64,000 bases of DNA from Promethearchaeia archaeon (GCA_046483985.1 JAWOCD010000005.1:1-64000), one strand, 5' to 3'; positions 18,549 to 28,321 are shown, counted from the stretch's first letter. The notes: generated by a model from the letters alone, not told the origin. Program-made: numbers and translations.

Positions 18549-20480
18549 TTATTCCTCCTTTATCATTTTAAGTAGTTGTTTTTTTAATTCTTTTGATACG
18601 ATTGCTCCGTCGATTTTTCCCCGCACTTTTTTCATAAGTTCCCCCATTAAAGGACCCATTGCTCGCATTTCTCTTTCCTTAATCATCTTTTTATTCTGTT
18701 CAGTGATTTGGGTAACTACTTCTCTTAAATCTTCTAATGATATGCTTTCTATATTTAACTCATCTTTAATTTGTTTTATATTCATCTTTGGATTCTCCGT
18801 TTTTCCAATCATTAATTCCTCTATTGCCTCTTTTCCGATTTCCTTCTCGCTTAAAAGAGTAAAAATATCTTTATAGTCTTTTGAAATAATGTTTCCGATC
18901 TGTTTTCCATCTCTCCTTAAGGCGGTGGTTGTTTCTAATAATGTAGTTATAATTAACATAGGGTCTTTAGGATAAATCTTATTTAATTCTTTGAATAAAT
19001 CCAACTGCCCAGTAAAAATTAATTCTTTTACCATTCGTTCCTCAATATCGAACTCCTTTGAAAATTCCTTAATTGTTTCCCAGGGATAATCGGGAAGTTC
19101 TTTTTCTATCTGTCTGATCTCATCGTCCGGGTTAAGAATCGCTTGCAAATCCGTATCGGGATATAATCGTGCCCCCCCATGGAGTTCCCGTAAGAACTCT
19201 GAATTCCCATTTTCTAATGCTCTTCTAGTTTCTGGAGGCACTCCAGTTAGGGAAAATTTGACTCTTTTCTTGATAACCTTTAACGCTTTTTTAACATTAT
19301 CTAATTCCCCTAGAACCAGTACTAAACAGTCTGACTCTTTTGAAGCGTCTAGTTCTTGAAAAATTTTATTGATATCTTTCTTTGAAAATCCATAATCTTT
19401 CAAATTTTCATCAGAGTGAATTATGCCTTGCAAGCCAGAAATTGATTTAACTTTGCTACTTACCTCAGTTCCAAATCGATAATCTGGCATTAATTCCTTT
19501 CCAAAAATATCCTTGAACTTTTCGAACTTGATCCCATATAATTTCTTTCCCGATTTAATTCCTTTCTTAATAAATTGGCACGTTGTATCCCGAAGTGCTT
19601 CCGATAAATCTTTCTCCACCTCGTTGATATCAGACGGTTTAATTTCTCTTTCCTTAAGTATTTTTTTTATTTCCAATAATCCTAGTTGTCTTGAAATTTC
19701 ATGATTAATGAGTAAGGGTATCCAATCTAGTTTCTGTACCCCCTTGATCTCAATCCGGGTTCCATTCTTAATACTTACATTGACATCTTGGCGGATTGAA
19801 CCCAATACTTTTTTAACATTTGTGGACCATAGTAAAAGCCCTAATCTCTCTGCACACTCACGACACTCCTCTGGGTGGTTAATATCGGGTTTGGTGGTTA
19901 TTTCAACCAACGGGATTCCTAATCTATCTAAGCGATAATAATTCGTCTTGTTTTCAGTTTTGATCTTTCTTGCTGCATCTTCTTCCAAACAGACGAGATC
20001 AATTCCGATTTTTTTTCCATTCTCTAATTGGATATTGCCGTCTTTTGCAAGAATCATTGTTCTCTGAAATCCGCACGGCACACTCCCATCTAAATAATTT
20101 TTCCTGCATACGTGCATCTCCTCTATTATATATGCATTTAAAAGGAGGGCAATTTCGATTCCTATTCGTTTAGCTTCTTGATTACACGGAAATGGAGGGG
20201 TTTCATCCAATTCATAGGTACAGATGAGATCATTATAACATTCATAAACGATCGTCATATCTTTTTCGTATTCTGTTAACATTGCTTTGTCATAAGTTCC
20301 CATTTCCCCTAAAACAGGTCGCATATACCGCTGAACGGTAAAATCCGGATCTCGAGTACCTTGAAGTTCATTTGGACATCGACAGAAAAGTTTTGTGTTC
20401 GAGTTGAGTTGTTGATGAATTTCCAAACCACATTTCAAACCAAGTTGTTCATAATCAAAATCATTCATAACCGTATTCAC
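18549..20480 (-). CDS. gatE: Glu-tRNA(Gln) amidotransferase subunit E
   Basis: GLEIHQQL, KLFCRCP, LEEDAAR, LDRLGIPLVEI, IRQDVNVSI, RLYPDTD. Confidence 0.97.
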   Translation of the reverse strand: MNTVMNDFDYEQLGLKCGLEIHQQLNSNTKLFCRCPNELQGTRDPDFTVQRYMRPVLGEMGTYDKAMLTEYEKDMTIVYECYNDLICTYELDETPPFPCNQEAKRIGIEIALLLNAYIIEEMHVCRKNYLDGSVPCGFQRTMILAKDGNIQLENGKKIGIDLVCLEEDAARKIKTENKTNYYRLDRLGIPLVEITTKPDINHPEECRECAERLGLLLWSTNVKKVLGSIRQDVNVSIKNGTRIEIKGVQKLDWIPLLINHEISRQLGLLEIKKILKEREIKPSDINEVEKDLSEALRDTTCQFIKKGIKSGKKLYGIKFEKFKDIFGKELMPDYRFGTEVSSKVKSISGLQGIIHSDENLKDYGFSKKDINKIFQELDASKESDCLVLVLGELDNVKKALKVIKKRVKFSLTGVPPETRRALENGNSEFLRELHGGARLYPDTDLQAILNPDDEIRQIEKELPDYPWETIKEFSKEFDIEERMVKELIFTGQLDLFKELNKIYPKDPMLIITTLLETTTALRRDGKQIGNIISKDYKDIFTLLSEKEIGKEAIEELMIGKTENPKMNIKQIKDELNIESISLEDLREVVTQITEQNKKMIKEREMRAMGPLMGELMKKVRGKIDGAIVSKELKKQLLKMIKEE

Positions 20481-20992
20481 TTGTTTTTCTTTTAAATAAT
20501 TGAATTCAAATATTCAAATAAATTTTTAGAAAGTGAGAATAAATCTGGACATATCGGGACAATCCCGACAGATCCTCAGAGGAATCGCTGACTGACGATC
20601 GGGGTAAAAGTGAGTTCGAATAGTTTTTAAAAGAAAACGAGATTGTTGAATTTTGGAAACCATTATTTAAAACTTTTGAGCAAGGGATAGCCAATAATAT
20701 GAGCGACATCCTTGGAGAAGCAAAACCAAGGTAAAGAAAATTTTGGAAAACATAGAAAAAAATGAAGAAAAAAAGAGATAAAATCGGCAGACTCTGAAAA
20801 ATTTGGTCGTAAACCCTAAGGAATACGACTTATAAACCGTTAAATCATCCGGATAATAGATAGATTTAAATTATGTCCAAGTTTGTCTAGATACATATCA
20901 GCTATTACTTATACTAAAAAATGAGTTCTTTCATTATCAAAGAATTATTAAAATAAATGGAGAATTATAACAAACAAAATTAATATGAGAAA

Positions 20993-21643
20993 ATGCTGCA
21001 TATTATATTTTTAATCCTATTCTTTGCGGATTATGGGCTGCATCTTTATGGAACCTATTTAGAACATAAAAAATTAAGGTGGGTTACTAAACCACTTTTA
21101 CTCCCCTTTATTATTGTAGTTTATATTTCTGGAGCTTTTCCAGATCTGAACATCCTTCTGATAATAGGATTAATTTTTGGCTGGTTGGGCGATATTTTTT
21201 TGATGATTGATCGTGAAGAAAAATGGTTTATCTTGGGTCTCGGCTCGTTTTTAATGGGGCATATATTCTATATTATCATCTTTCTTTTGTCAATCCCCAA
21301 TCTGCTTGATTTTTCTTTCCTGGGAATTTTGTATCTTATTCCCGCTGCTTTGATAGCACTATATGTGCTTTATAGAATTAAGGGGAAAATGGGTGATATG
21401 ACTAAACCGGTTCTGATATATATGGGTGTAATCTTTTTGATGGGGCTTTCGGCAGTTTTACGTTATGCTGGGGGTCAAGAAATTTCTTTCTTCTTGGTAT
21501 TGATAGGTTCAATCCTTTTTATTATCTCTGATGGATTGATTGCCCTCGATAAATTTCATAAAGAGATTGACCAAGTCCACGTGTATATTATGGCTACATA
21601 TGCGATAGCACAATTTTGCATTGCATATGGCTTTATCGTCTAA
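20993..21643 (+). CDS. YhhN/lysoplasmalogenase-family membrane protein
   Basis: TKPLL, GDIFL, FLMGHIFY, LFIISDGLIA, IMATYAIAQ. Confidence 0.9.
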   Translation: MLHIIFLILFFADYGLHLYGTYLEHKKLRWVTKPLLLPFIIVVYISGAFPDLNILLIIGLIFGWLGDIFLMIDREEKWFILGLGSFLMGHIFYIIIFLLSIPNLLDFSFLGILYLIPAALIALYVLYRIKGKMGDMTKPVLIYMGVIFLMGLSAVLRYAGGQEISFFLVLIGSILFIISDGLIALDKFHKEIDQVHVYIMATYAIAQFCIAYGFIV

Positions 21644-21682
21644 TTTCGTTTCTTTTTTTCTTTTTTTTTGCACATGAGAAGA

Positions 21683-23311
21683 TTATAACGATTTCGAAAC
21701 ATATGGCCCATCGCGTTGATATCCCAGTTCATAAAACCAATTTCGTACACCGATCCCACTAATTACTGAAATCTTGGTACAGTTAAAATCCTCTTTAGCT
21801 ATTTTTTCTGCTTCTTGCATCAGATTAGTTCCATATCCTCTATGCTGCATTTGGCTTTCTCTTACGGGTTTGTTGTCTTTTGGGACTAATTCGCCGACTA
21901 TCCTGACCTCCCGTACTATCATGGTTTTTCCGTTATTAAACTCCTTTCGATGTGCCAATTCGGAGGGTTTTCTCAAACGCAAATATCCCACCAAAAAATC
22001 GTATTCCTTATTTTCATAGGATAAGAAAACTTCGTGTCCTTTTGATGCCCGATAATCCATCCTTTCTAACTTTAGGTCATTCAATGCAGAATCCGGGATC
22101 TTTTTCCTCCGTTTTGCAATTCCATATTCCCGACATCGGATACAATTACACGTTTTATTGAGTTCCTGAAGCCGCTTTTGAACCAGTTGTCGCAAATTAC
22201 TTTTATGACATCCTGCCTCAATTAATGTCGCCGGAATATCTCTCATAATTCGCTGAATTCTCACGTATTTAGGAAGATTTTGCTTAGCTGTAGCGATAAG
22301 TTCAATTAACTCGTCCAAATCATAGGGCTGGTACTTCCCATCTTTCCAGAGCCTATAGAGATCCGTCCCCTTCACCACCACTGTGGGATAAATCTTCAGC
22401 ATATCAGGACGGTAATCTGGATCTTCAAACAAAATCTTAAAAGTTTGTAAATCTTGTTCATAATTCACTTTTGGTAAATTGGGCATCATATGGGCATTCA
22501 CTTTGAACCCGGCATCTTTTGAAATTCTTATTGCATCTTTACTATCTTGCACCGTATGTCCTCGTTTAACATATTTATATACCTCATTAAACACGGTTTG
22601 GATTCCGATTTCCACTCGGGTTGTGCCGTAATCTAACATTCTATCAACATCGGTCTCTTTACAATAATCTGGTCGAGTTTCAATAGTAATTCCTACCAAT
22701 CTTCGTTCAGCATTTTCCGCATATTTTTTTGCCTCTTCCAAGCTCGAGAACCGTTCATTTATTACTCCTTCTAATGCGCCTTTCACAAATTTCTGTTGAT
22801 AATCTGTATCAGTTGATAAAAATGTCCCCCCCATTATGATAAGCTCAATTTTATCTATTTTGTGTCCTATGGCTTCAAGATCATTAATTCGTGACTTGAC
22901 TTGATAATAGGGATCATAATGGTTATGAATAGACCGCATTGCCGCGGGTTCACGTCCTGTGTAGGATTGTGCAACTTTTTCGCCTGGCTGTGAGTCTCTT
23001 CCAGGACAATAAATGCATGTACCTGGACAAGGTAAGGGCTCGGTCATGATCGCAATAACTGAGACTCCCGATAAAGTACGTGTGGATCTCCGTCTCAATT
23101 TCTTAATAATTTGCTTTCTTTCTTCTGCCCTTGTGTATTCTAAAATTGTCGCGTTTTTAATTACTCGATCATACCCACATTTTTTCGCAAATTTTCCCTT
23201 GAGATTGGTTATTTTAGAACGAGGGGTGTTGGGATTCTCAATTAAGTAATTAATGGTCCTCCTTGCAACATTTTTGATTTTTTCTTCTTCTGATTTGTTT
23301 GAAGCTTCCAT
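21683..23311 (-). CDS. elp3: Elongator protein 3 (radical SAM plus KAT tRNA U34 carboxymethyltransferase)
   Basis: RTLSGV, CPGTCIYCPG, QSYTGREPA, ETRPD, KIYPT, QHRGYG. Confidence 0.97.
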   Translation of the reverse strand: MEASNKSEEEKIKNVARRTINYLIENPNTPRSKITNLKGKFAKKCGYDRVIKNATILEYTRAEERKQIIKKLRRRSTRTLSGVSVIAIMTEPLPCPGTCIYCPGRDSQPGEKVAQSYTGREPAAMRSIHNHYDPYYQVKSRINDLEAIGHKIDKIELIIMGGTFLSTDTDYQQKFVKGALEGVINERFSSLEEAKKYAENAERRLVGITIETRPDYCKETDVDRMLDYGTTRVEIGIQTVFNEVYKYVKRGHTVQDSKDAIRISKDAGFKVNAHMMPNLPKVNYEQDLQTFKILFEDPDYRPDMLKIYPTVVVKGTDLYRLWKDGKYQPYDLDELIELIATAKQNLPKYVRIQRIMRDIPATLIEAGCHKSNLRQLVQKRLQELNKTCNCIRCREYGIAKRRKKIPDSALNDLKLERMDYRASKGHEVFLSYENKEYDFLVGYLRLRKPSELAHRKEFNNGKTMIVREVRIVGELVPKDNKPVRESQMQHRGYGTNLMQEAEKIAKEDFNCTKISVISGIGVRNWFYELGYQRDGPYVSKSL

Positions 23312-23417
23312 CTTGCTGTATGTTCTAATGAACGAGTTGTATAGTTATTACAAAGCAGCAAAAGACAAATAGTTTTGGATTATAGAACCAAAAATGAAAA
23401 TTAAAAAAGTCAAGATC

Positions 23418-24248
23418 TTAATCCTTTAATAAATCAAAAACAAATTCAAAATCTGAAAAATTAAAAGGTTTCAAGATATAGCCGTCCGCTCCGGTTTCTT
23501 CCAATTTTTCTTTTACTTCCGTCCCGGCTACTCCCGTGAGGTAATATACCTTAATATCTTTATACTCTTCATCCGATTTTATCTTTTTACAAATATCGTA
23601 TCCACTCAGATCCGGAAGAATGATGTCCAATAAAATTAATTTAGGCTTTCCATTTTTCAATTCTTCCATTCCCCTTGCTCCCGATACGATTCCCTTTACG
23701 GTAAACCCTTTACTTTCGAAAAAGCTTTTTATTAATCGAACAGTACTCAGGTCATCCTCGATTAAAAGGATATCATATTCCGTGTCCTTCTGTTTCATAT
23801 TATCTAAAAAATTAATGATTCTTTTTTCTAATGAGATGCTCTGGTCGAATATATTTTGAATTGTCTCATGTACATCTTCGTTCAGGTTATTTCCATAATT
23901 CTCTAAAACGAGTTGTGCATATCCCTTAATTGAAGTAAGGGGCTCTTTTAATGCATGAGAGATATTTGACATTTTTTCGGTGTTTATATTTCCAGAGAGC
24001 ATCTCTTTATTATAGTTCTTAATATAATTTTTCACGCTTTTTCTGATTAAATTCGAGATAGTGGAATAATTCTCGCTTTTCTCTATGAATTTAATCCATT
24101 CTTCCTTCATATCTTCTTTTACATACAGAGAAATCCGTTCCTTATTCCGATTATATACTTTCTCTCCCTTTAGCCACCGTTTATAATTTTCCGTCACAAC
24201 TCCACGCCATATCGCATGCTTTCCGGTCTTTTCCTCATATTCCATCAT
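23418..24248 (-). CDS. Response regulator with N-terminal W-rich module, RHH-like domain, HisKA-type DHp and C-terminal REC
   Basis: RISLYV..MKEEW...TISNLIRKSV; SHALKEPLTSIKG; LLIEDD, LLDIILPD, LTG, KPF; frame stays open upstream to 24369. Confidence 0.85.
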   Translation of the reverse strand: MMEYEEKTGKHAIWRGVVTENYKRWLKGEKVYNRNKERISLYVKEDMKEEWIKFIEKSENYSTISNLIRKSVKNYIKNYNKEMLSGNINTEKMSNISHALKEPLTSIKGYAQLVLENYGNNLNEDVHETIQNIFDQSISLEKRIINFLDNMKQKDTEYDILLIEDDLSTVRLIKSFFESKGFTVKGIVSGARGMEELKNGKPKLILLDIILPDLSGYDICKKIKSDEEYKDIKVYYLTGVAGTEVKEKLEETGADGYILKPFNFSDFEFVFDLLKD

Positions 24249-24662
24249 TTTTGGGGTTTTCTTGGGTGATATTTTTTCATATTGATCCTCCTGGTTGTTT
24301 TTTTGGGAAGAGTCTTTTTTTCCTTCTTTCTTTGGGCCGTCTTCGTCTATCTTTTTATCACCTGAAAATTATTCTTATTATATTGTTTTGGAGACTATAT
24401 TAAATTTTTCTGACTGTTCAAATAATATTCTTCTTTTTTATAAACATATCGGATTCGAAAAAGGATTACATCTAATCACAGTTTATTCTTTAAAGTGCAG
24501 TAATCCAATTTGATCCAAAATTTTTAATTTTTGTTCTAGAGATTTAGACTAATACTTTTTATATATAAAACCTTATTATGTAGTGAATATTCTGTGGAAA
24601 AAAATATGACTTAGAAATATAATTTAGTAAAAACACTTTAACTTTAATTCTTTTTTAAAAAG

Positions 24663-25646
24663 ATGGGAAAAAATCAAGACTCCGACGGGAAAAAACCCTC
24701 GCCTTCAAAAAATGAGGAAGATATTACCGCGCAAAGAGAGAGAGATACGGATACTCTTAAAAGGCTTGAGGAGAAGAACGGAAATCTCACCGACGAAGAT
24801 AAAACAGAGGAAATGAAAAAGTATGAAGAGGAAACAGATAAGTTCGCGATTTGGAGGGGAAAAATAACAGAAGGATTTCGGAAATGGGTCAGGGGCGAAA
24901 AAATCTATGACTACGATAAAGAACGCATTTCCCTCTATGTTTCAGGAGATACAAAAGAAAAGTGGCAGAATTTTATTAACACCCATGGAGTCTCGACTAT
25001 ATCGAAACTAATTCGAGAGAGCGTAAACAAGAATATTGACAAAAAAACGAAGATCTATGGTTCATTCCGGGAAAAATCCGAAATGGATTTTCAATTACTT
25101 TCCAATTTTTCTCATTCGCTTAAGGAACCGTTGACAACCATAAAGGGGTTCAGTCAGCTCCTTATGGAAAATCATAAAGACGAATTAGAAGAGCCGGTTT
25201 TGAAGACGATAAAAAATATCTTCGAAAGTTCTAAGAAACTGGAACATAAAATTCGAAAAATGCTGGATGATATTATAGTAGAAAGTTCAGAATATGATAT
25301 TCTCTTGATTGAGGACGATCTAAGCACCATTAAACTTATAACCAGCTATTTTGAAAGTAAGGGCTATTCTTGCAAGGGGGTTGTCAGTGCTTCCAAAGGG
25401 TTGGAGGAGCTACGAAATTTCAAGCCCAAATTTATCTTACTCGATATTATTTTACCAGATAAAAGTGGATACGAGCTGTGCAAGCAGATCAAATCGGAGG
25501 AAGAGTATAAAGAAATCCCAGTCTTTTTATTAACTGCCATTCCCGCTGCGGAGGTGAAAGAGAAGTTGGAAGAAACCGGAGCGAACGGCTATATCTTGAA
25601 ACCTTTTGATTTCTCTGACTTTCAGATTTTATTTAAATATTTATAA
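24663..25646 (+). CDS. Paralogous response regulator (W-rich module, RHH-like, DHp, REC)
   Basis: RISLYV..TKEKW...TISKLIRESV; SHSLKEPLTTIKG; LLIEDD, LLDIILPD, LTA, KPF. Confidence 0.87.
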   Translation: MGKNQDSDGKKPSPSKNEEDITAQRERDTDTLKRLEEKNGNLTDEDKTEEMKKYEEETDKFAIWRGKITEGFRKWVRGEKIYDYDKERISLYVSGDTKEKWQNFINTHGVSTISKLIRESVNKNIDKKTKIYGSFREKSEMDFQLLSNFSHSLKEPLTTIKGFSQLLMENHKDELEEPVLKTIKNIFESSKKLEHKIRKMLDDIIVESSEYDILLIEDDLSTIKLITSYFESKGYSCKGVVSASKGLEELRNFKPKFILLDIILPDKSGYELCKQIKSEEEYKEIPVFLLTAIPAAEVKEKLEETGANGYILKPFDFSDFQILFKYL

Positions 25647-25765
25647 TATCTTTAAAATTCATTTTATCAACTTTTCCTTCATAACATCCTTCCCTTCCTA
25701 AATGTATTGTATATTACGTTAAGGATTATGAGTTCTTCTGTCTTTTATAATAGAAGTAAGATAAG

Positions 25766-25839
25766 CGGGCTATGAGGGATTTGAACCCCCGGCCATCAGG
25801 TTAAGAGCCTGCTGCGCTACCTGTCTGCGCCAATAGCCC
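25766..25839 (-). tRNA. tRNA-Lys (CTT)
   Basis: Minus strand GGGCTAT...CAGG CT CTT AA CCTG...GGTTCAAATCC...ATAGCCC G cloverleaf. Confidence 0.93.
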
Positions 25840-26042
25840 ATTTTTTTTTATTAAAATAAGTAGAAATAGGGTCTTATATGTAATTTTTAAAATAAAAAAT
25901 GCTATTTTACTTTTACGATTTATATTTCTTCTTGAAAACTAAGCAAATTACAAGAGATAAGGATCTTTTCCAAATATAAAAATTTATAGACCATTTTAAG
26001 GGACGGATTTATCTAAACCGAGATTGTCTGGGAAAAGAAAAG

Positions 26043-26124
26043 CGGCGACGGAGGGATTTGAACCCACGAGCGCTCTCGCGCACTGGCTCTCAAGGCCAGC
26101 GTCTTACCACTAGGCTACGTCGCC
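26043..26124 (-). tRNA. tRNA-Ser (TGA)
   Basis: GGCGACG/CGTCGCC acceptor stem; CTGGC CT TGA GA GCCAG anticodon arm; long variable arm; G discriminator. Confidence 0.88.
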
Positions 26125-26399
26125 ACAAAATACGTAACAGAAACGGTTAGCCAGTACTGAGTGTATTATTATAATAAATTATAATATTTGATTTTTATGA
26201 ATTTCTAAATTTGCTACTTTGAGGGAGGGTGAGTACAGTTAAAACTACTTTTTACGAAGAGTGGCTCTCGTATACGAGGCAAAACTTAAATTTGGATGGT
26301 TACCCAATATATTTCTTAAGATTTTTTGCATTTGTATAAAAAAATAAGGAAAAAAACGAAATTCTTGAAAGATTCCTAATAATCGCCCTAAATATTTTA

Positions 26400-26882
26400 T
26401 TATTCCGAGATTATTTCAAAAACCATCTTTTCAATTATAGGTTTCTTGGTATACCGCTTATCGTAATACCAGCCCACTAAATGCGCTTTCTGGTCCTTCT
26501 CCTCAATCTCAGGGATAACAATGATCATTACCCCATTACTCAGATACTTTAAAACTCGTTTATCTATTTCGTGCAACTTTTCATTGCCAGACGGGTGGGA
26601 ATGCCATTGCCATACAATATCTACATCCCGTTCTTCTTTAAATTTGCGCATGTTATAGATCTTTGACTTTTTATACCGCATCCAACTGCTTGGCTTCTGG
26701 TGGCCCTTGGTTTTGTCTATGTCGGAATTCATGATATACTTTTTGCAGATTCCGAAATTTTCCTTTCTGTCCGCAAACAACCATCCATGTACAATATAGG
26801 GAAGTTCTTCCTTTGCTTTTTCGGTAATCTCTTCAAAAAGGCTTTGTGGTATCAGATAGCGAAAATCGTCAGCGCTGCCCAT
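26400..26882 (-). CDS. JAB/MPN (Mov34) domain protein with atypical JAMM motif
   Basis: WQWHSHPSGNEKLHEID; ggtga SD upstream of ATG. Confidence 0.85.
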   Translation of the reverse strand: MGSADDFRYLIPQSLFEEITEKAKEELPYIVHGWLFADRKENFGICKKYIMNSDIDKTKGHQKPSSWMRYKKSKIYNMRKFKEERDVDIVWQWHSHPSGNEKLHEIDKRVLKYLSNGVMIIVIPEIEEKDQKAHLVGWYYDKRYTKKPIIEKMVFEIISE

Positions 26883-27137
26883 ATACTATCACCTCTATTG
26901 GGTAAAATGAAGCATAAAATTTATAACTTCCTTTTTATAGAGGTTGGAAATTCCTTTCTCGAAGAAAGGAGAAGGCAGTTTCGAGGTTGTGCGATTGTAA
27001 AATCCGCCGCTTGTCTCCCTCTACTGCTATTTAAAGCCGCAAAGAACCATCTCCGGAAAACCGAAAAAATAAAAAATGGACGATGATTTACTAACATACT
27101 ATCTAAATGGGTTATCATACTTTGGATAGAAAGTGCT

Positions 27138-27253
27138 GCTCAGGTCGCTTAGCTTGGTAGAGCGCTGGTCTGCTAAACCAGTATCCTACGGATGCGCGGG
27201 TTCGAAGCAAAAATGCGTCTCGCGTTTTTTCGAGACTCCCGTCCTGAGCGCCA
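27138..27253 (+). tRNA. tRNA-Ser (GCT) with 30-nt non-canonical intron at position 59/60 (27207-27236); CCA encoded
   Basis: GCTCAGG/CCTGAGC acceptor stem; CTGGT CT GCT AA ACCAG; removing 27207-27236 restores the GCGGG TTCGAAT CCCGT T-arm; BHB-like junction. Confidence 0.9.
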
Positions 27254-27393
27254 TTTTTCGCTCCGAGTGTCCATCGGAAGTAATATAAAAAGTGGTCGGC
27301 ACGGTAAAACAAGGAAAAAGCGATAACAAACTATTAAACATTTCAAATATTATCACTACCAAATACGGCTTCTGCGTATCGGAACAAAACCGT

Positions 27394-27467
27394 GAGCCCA
27401 TAGTCTAGCTGGCTATGACGTCGCGCTTACACCGCGAAGATCGGGAGTTCGAATCTCCCTGGGCTCA
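27394..27467 (+). tRNA. tRNA-Val (TAC)
   Basis: GAGCCCA/TGGGCTC A; TCGCG CT TAC AC CGCGA; GGGAG TTCGAAT CTCCC. Confidence 0.94.
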
Positions 27468-27822
27468 CTATATCTCCTAATATTTCTCAAATAAAGAAAA
27501 ACCATATATATTCCTTATCTTAACTAATATCTGTTATAGGAGGCTCTACAATTACAAATATTAATCTTGTAATGATTGAACGTATTCCATTTTGGGTTTT
27601 AAATCATCGTAACATAAAATACATCGAACTCGGAGAGAATGAGATAAAAGATATTCCAAACTAAAAGAGAAAATTAGGTTTACTAAAATATAATATTTGT
27701 AGTATTTAGATATTTCCGAAGTCTCTTTGGGCTCACCCTTTTAATTTTATAATCAGCAGGGTAGAGGATTTTAAGAGGATTCTGAATAAAAAAAAAAAAT
27801 TGGAATAATTATTTTATTTAAT

Positions 27823-28320
27823 CTATACGTTATAATTTAAATTATTAATGAGATTCAGTTCTAAAATATTGAGTAGTATCGCTATAATGATTACTCCTGC
27901 GATAATAAGAGCAATCCATCGTGTCCGATTATCGATCTTATCATTTACCGCAAAACCAGTAAATCCAAGAAATACGAACAAAAAGCCGAGATATACTCCA
28001 ATTCTTGCTAAGTTAACAAGGATCGCCTCTTGAAATTCCATCCAATATGTCATTTGCTCTATCTCCTCTCTCCTCTCCACATATTCTCCGTACCCATATT
28101 CTCCGTCCCAATAATTCATCTTATTTTCTTGATCTTGTATATTTTTCCAAGTACTTGCATTATTCGCTAGGGAAGTACTTACAGCCATAATAACACCAAA
28201 AAGAAGGGCTGCAATGATACCGTAGACAATGAACTTTGTTGCCTTCCTTTTATCGATGAATGCAAGGTCGTCAAAGAAGCTCCCTTTCTTTCCAGTTCGT
28301 TCTTGTTCTAATTCCTCCAT
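27823..28320 (-). CDS. Hypothetical membrane protein (about 3 TM)
   Basis: 165-aa ORF with three hydrophobic segments, 1 bp after the stop of the upstream gene. Confidence 0.75.
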   Translation of the reverse strand: MEELEQERTGKKGSFFDDLAFIDKRKATKFIVYGIIAALLFGVIMAVSTSLANNASTWKNIQDQENKMNYWDGEYGYGEYVERREEIEQMTYWMEFQEAILVNLARIGVYLGFLFVFLGFTGFAVNDKIDNRTRWIALIIAGVIIIAILLNILELNLINNLNYNV

Positions 28321-28321
28321 T

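Noticed and set aside
26969-27019. GC-richer imperfect hairpin (ggaga...tctcc) considered as a SECIS element or tRNA relic
   Set aside because: Lacks the AUGA/GA core, no in-frame-TGA gene is adjacent, and no cloverleaf can be completed
27115-27401. Minus-strand ORFs of 65 and 71 aa
   Set aside because: They overlap tRNA-Ser(GCU) and tRNA-Val; explained by the GC-rich tRNA sequence
25766-27467. Integrated element bounded by tRNA att sites
   Set aside because: No duplicated tRNA 3' end or integrase found in the window
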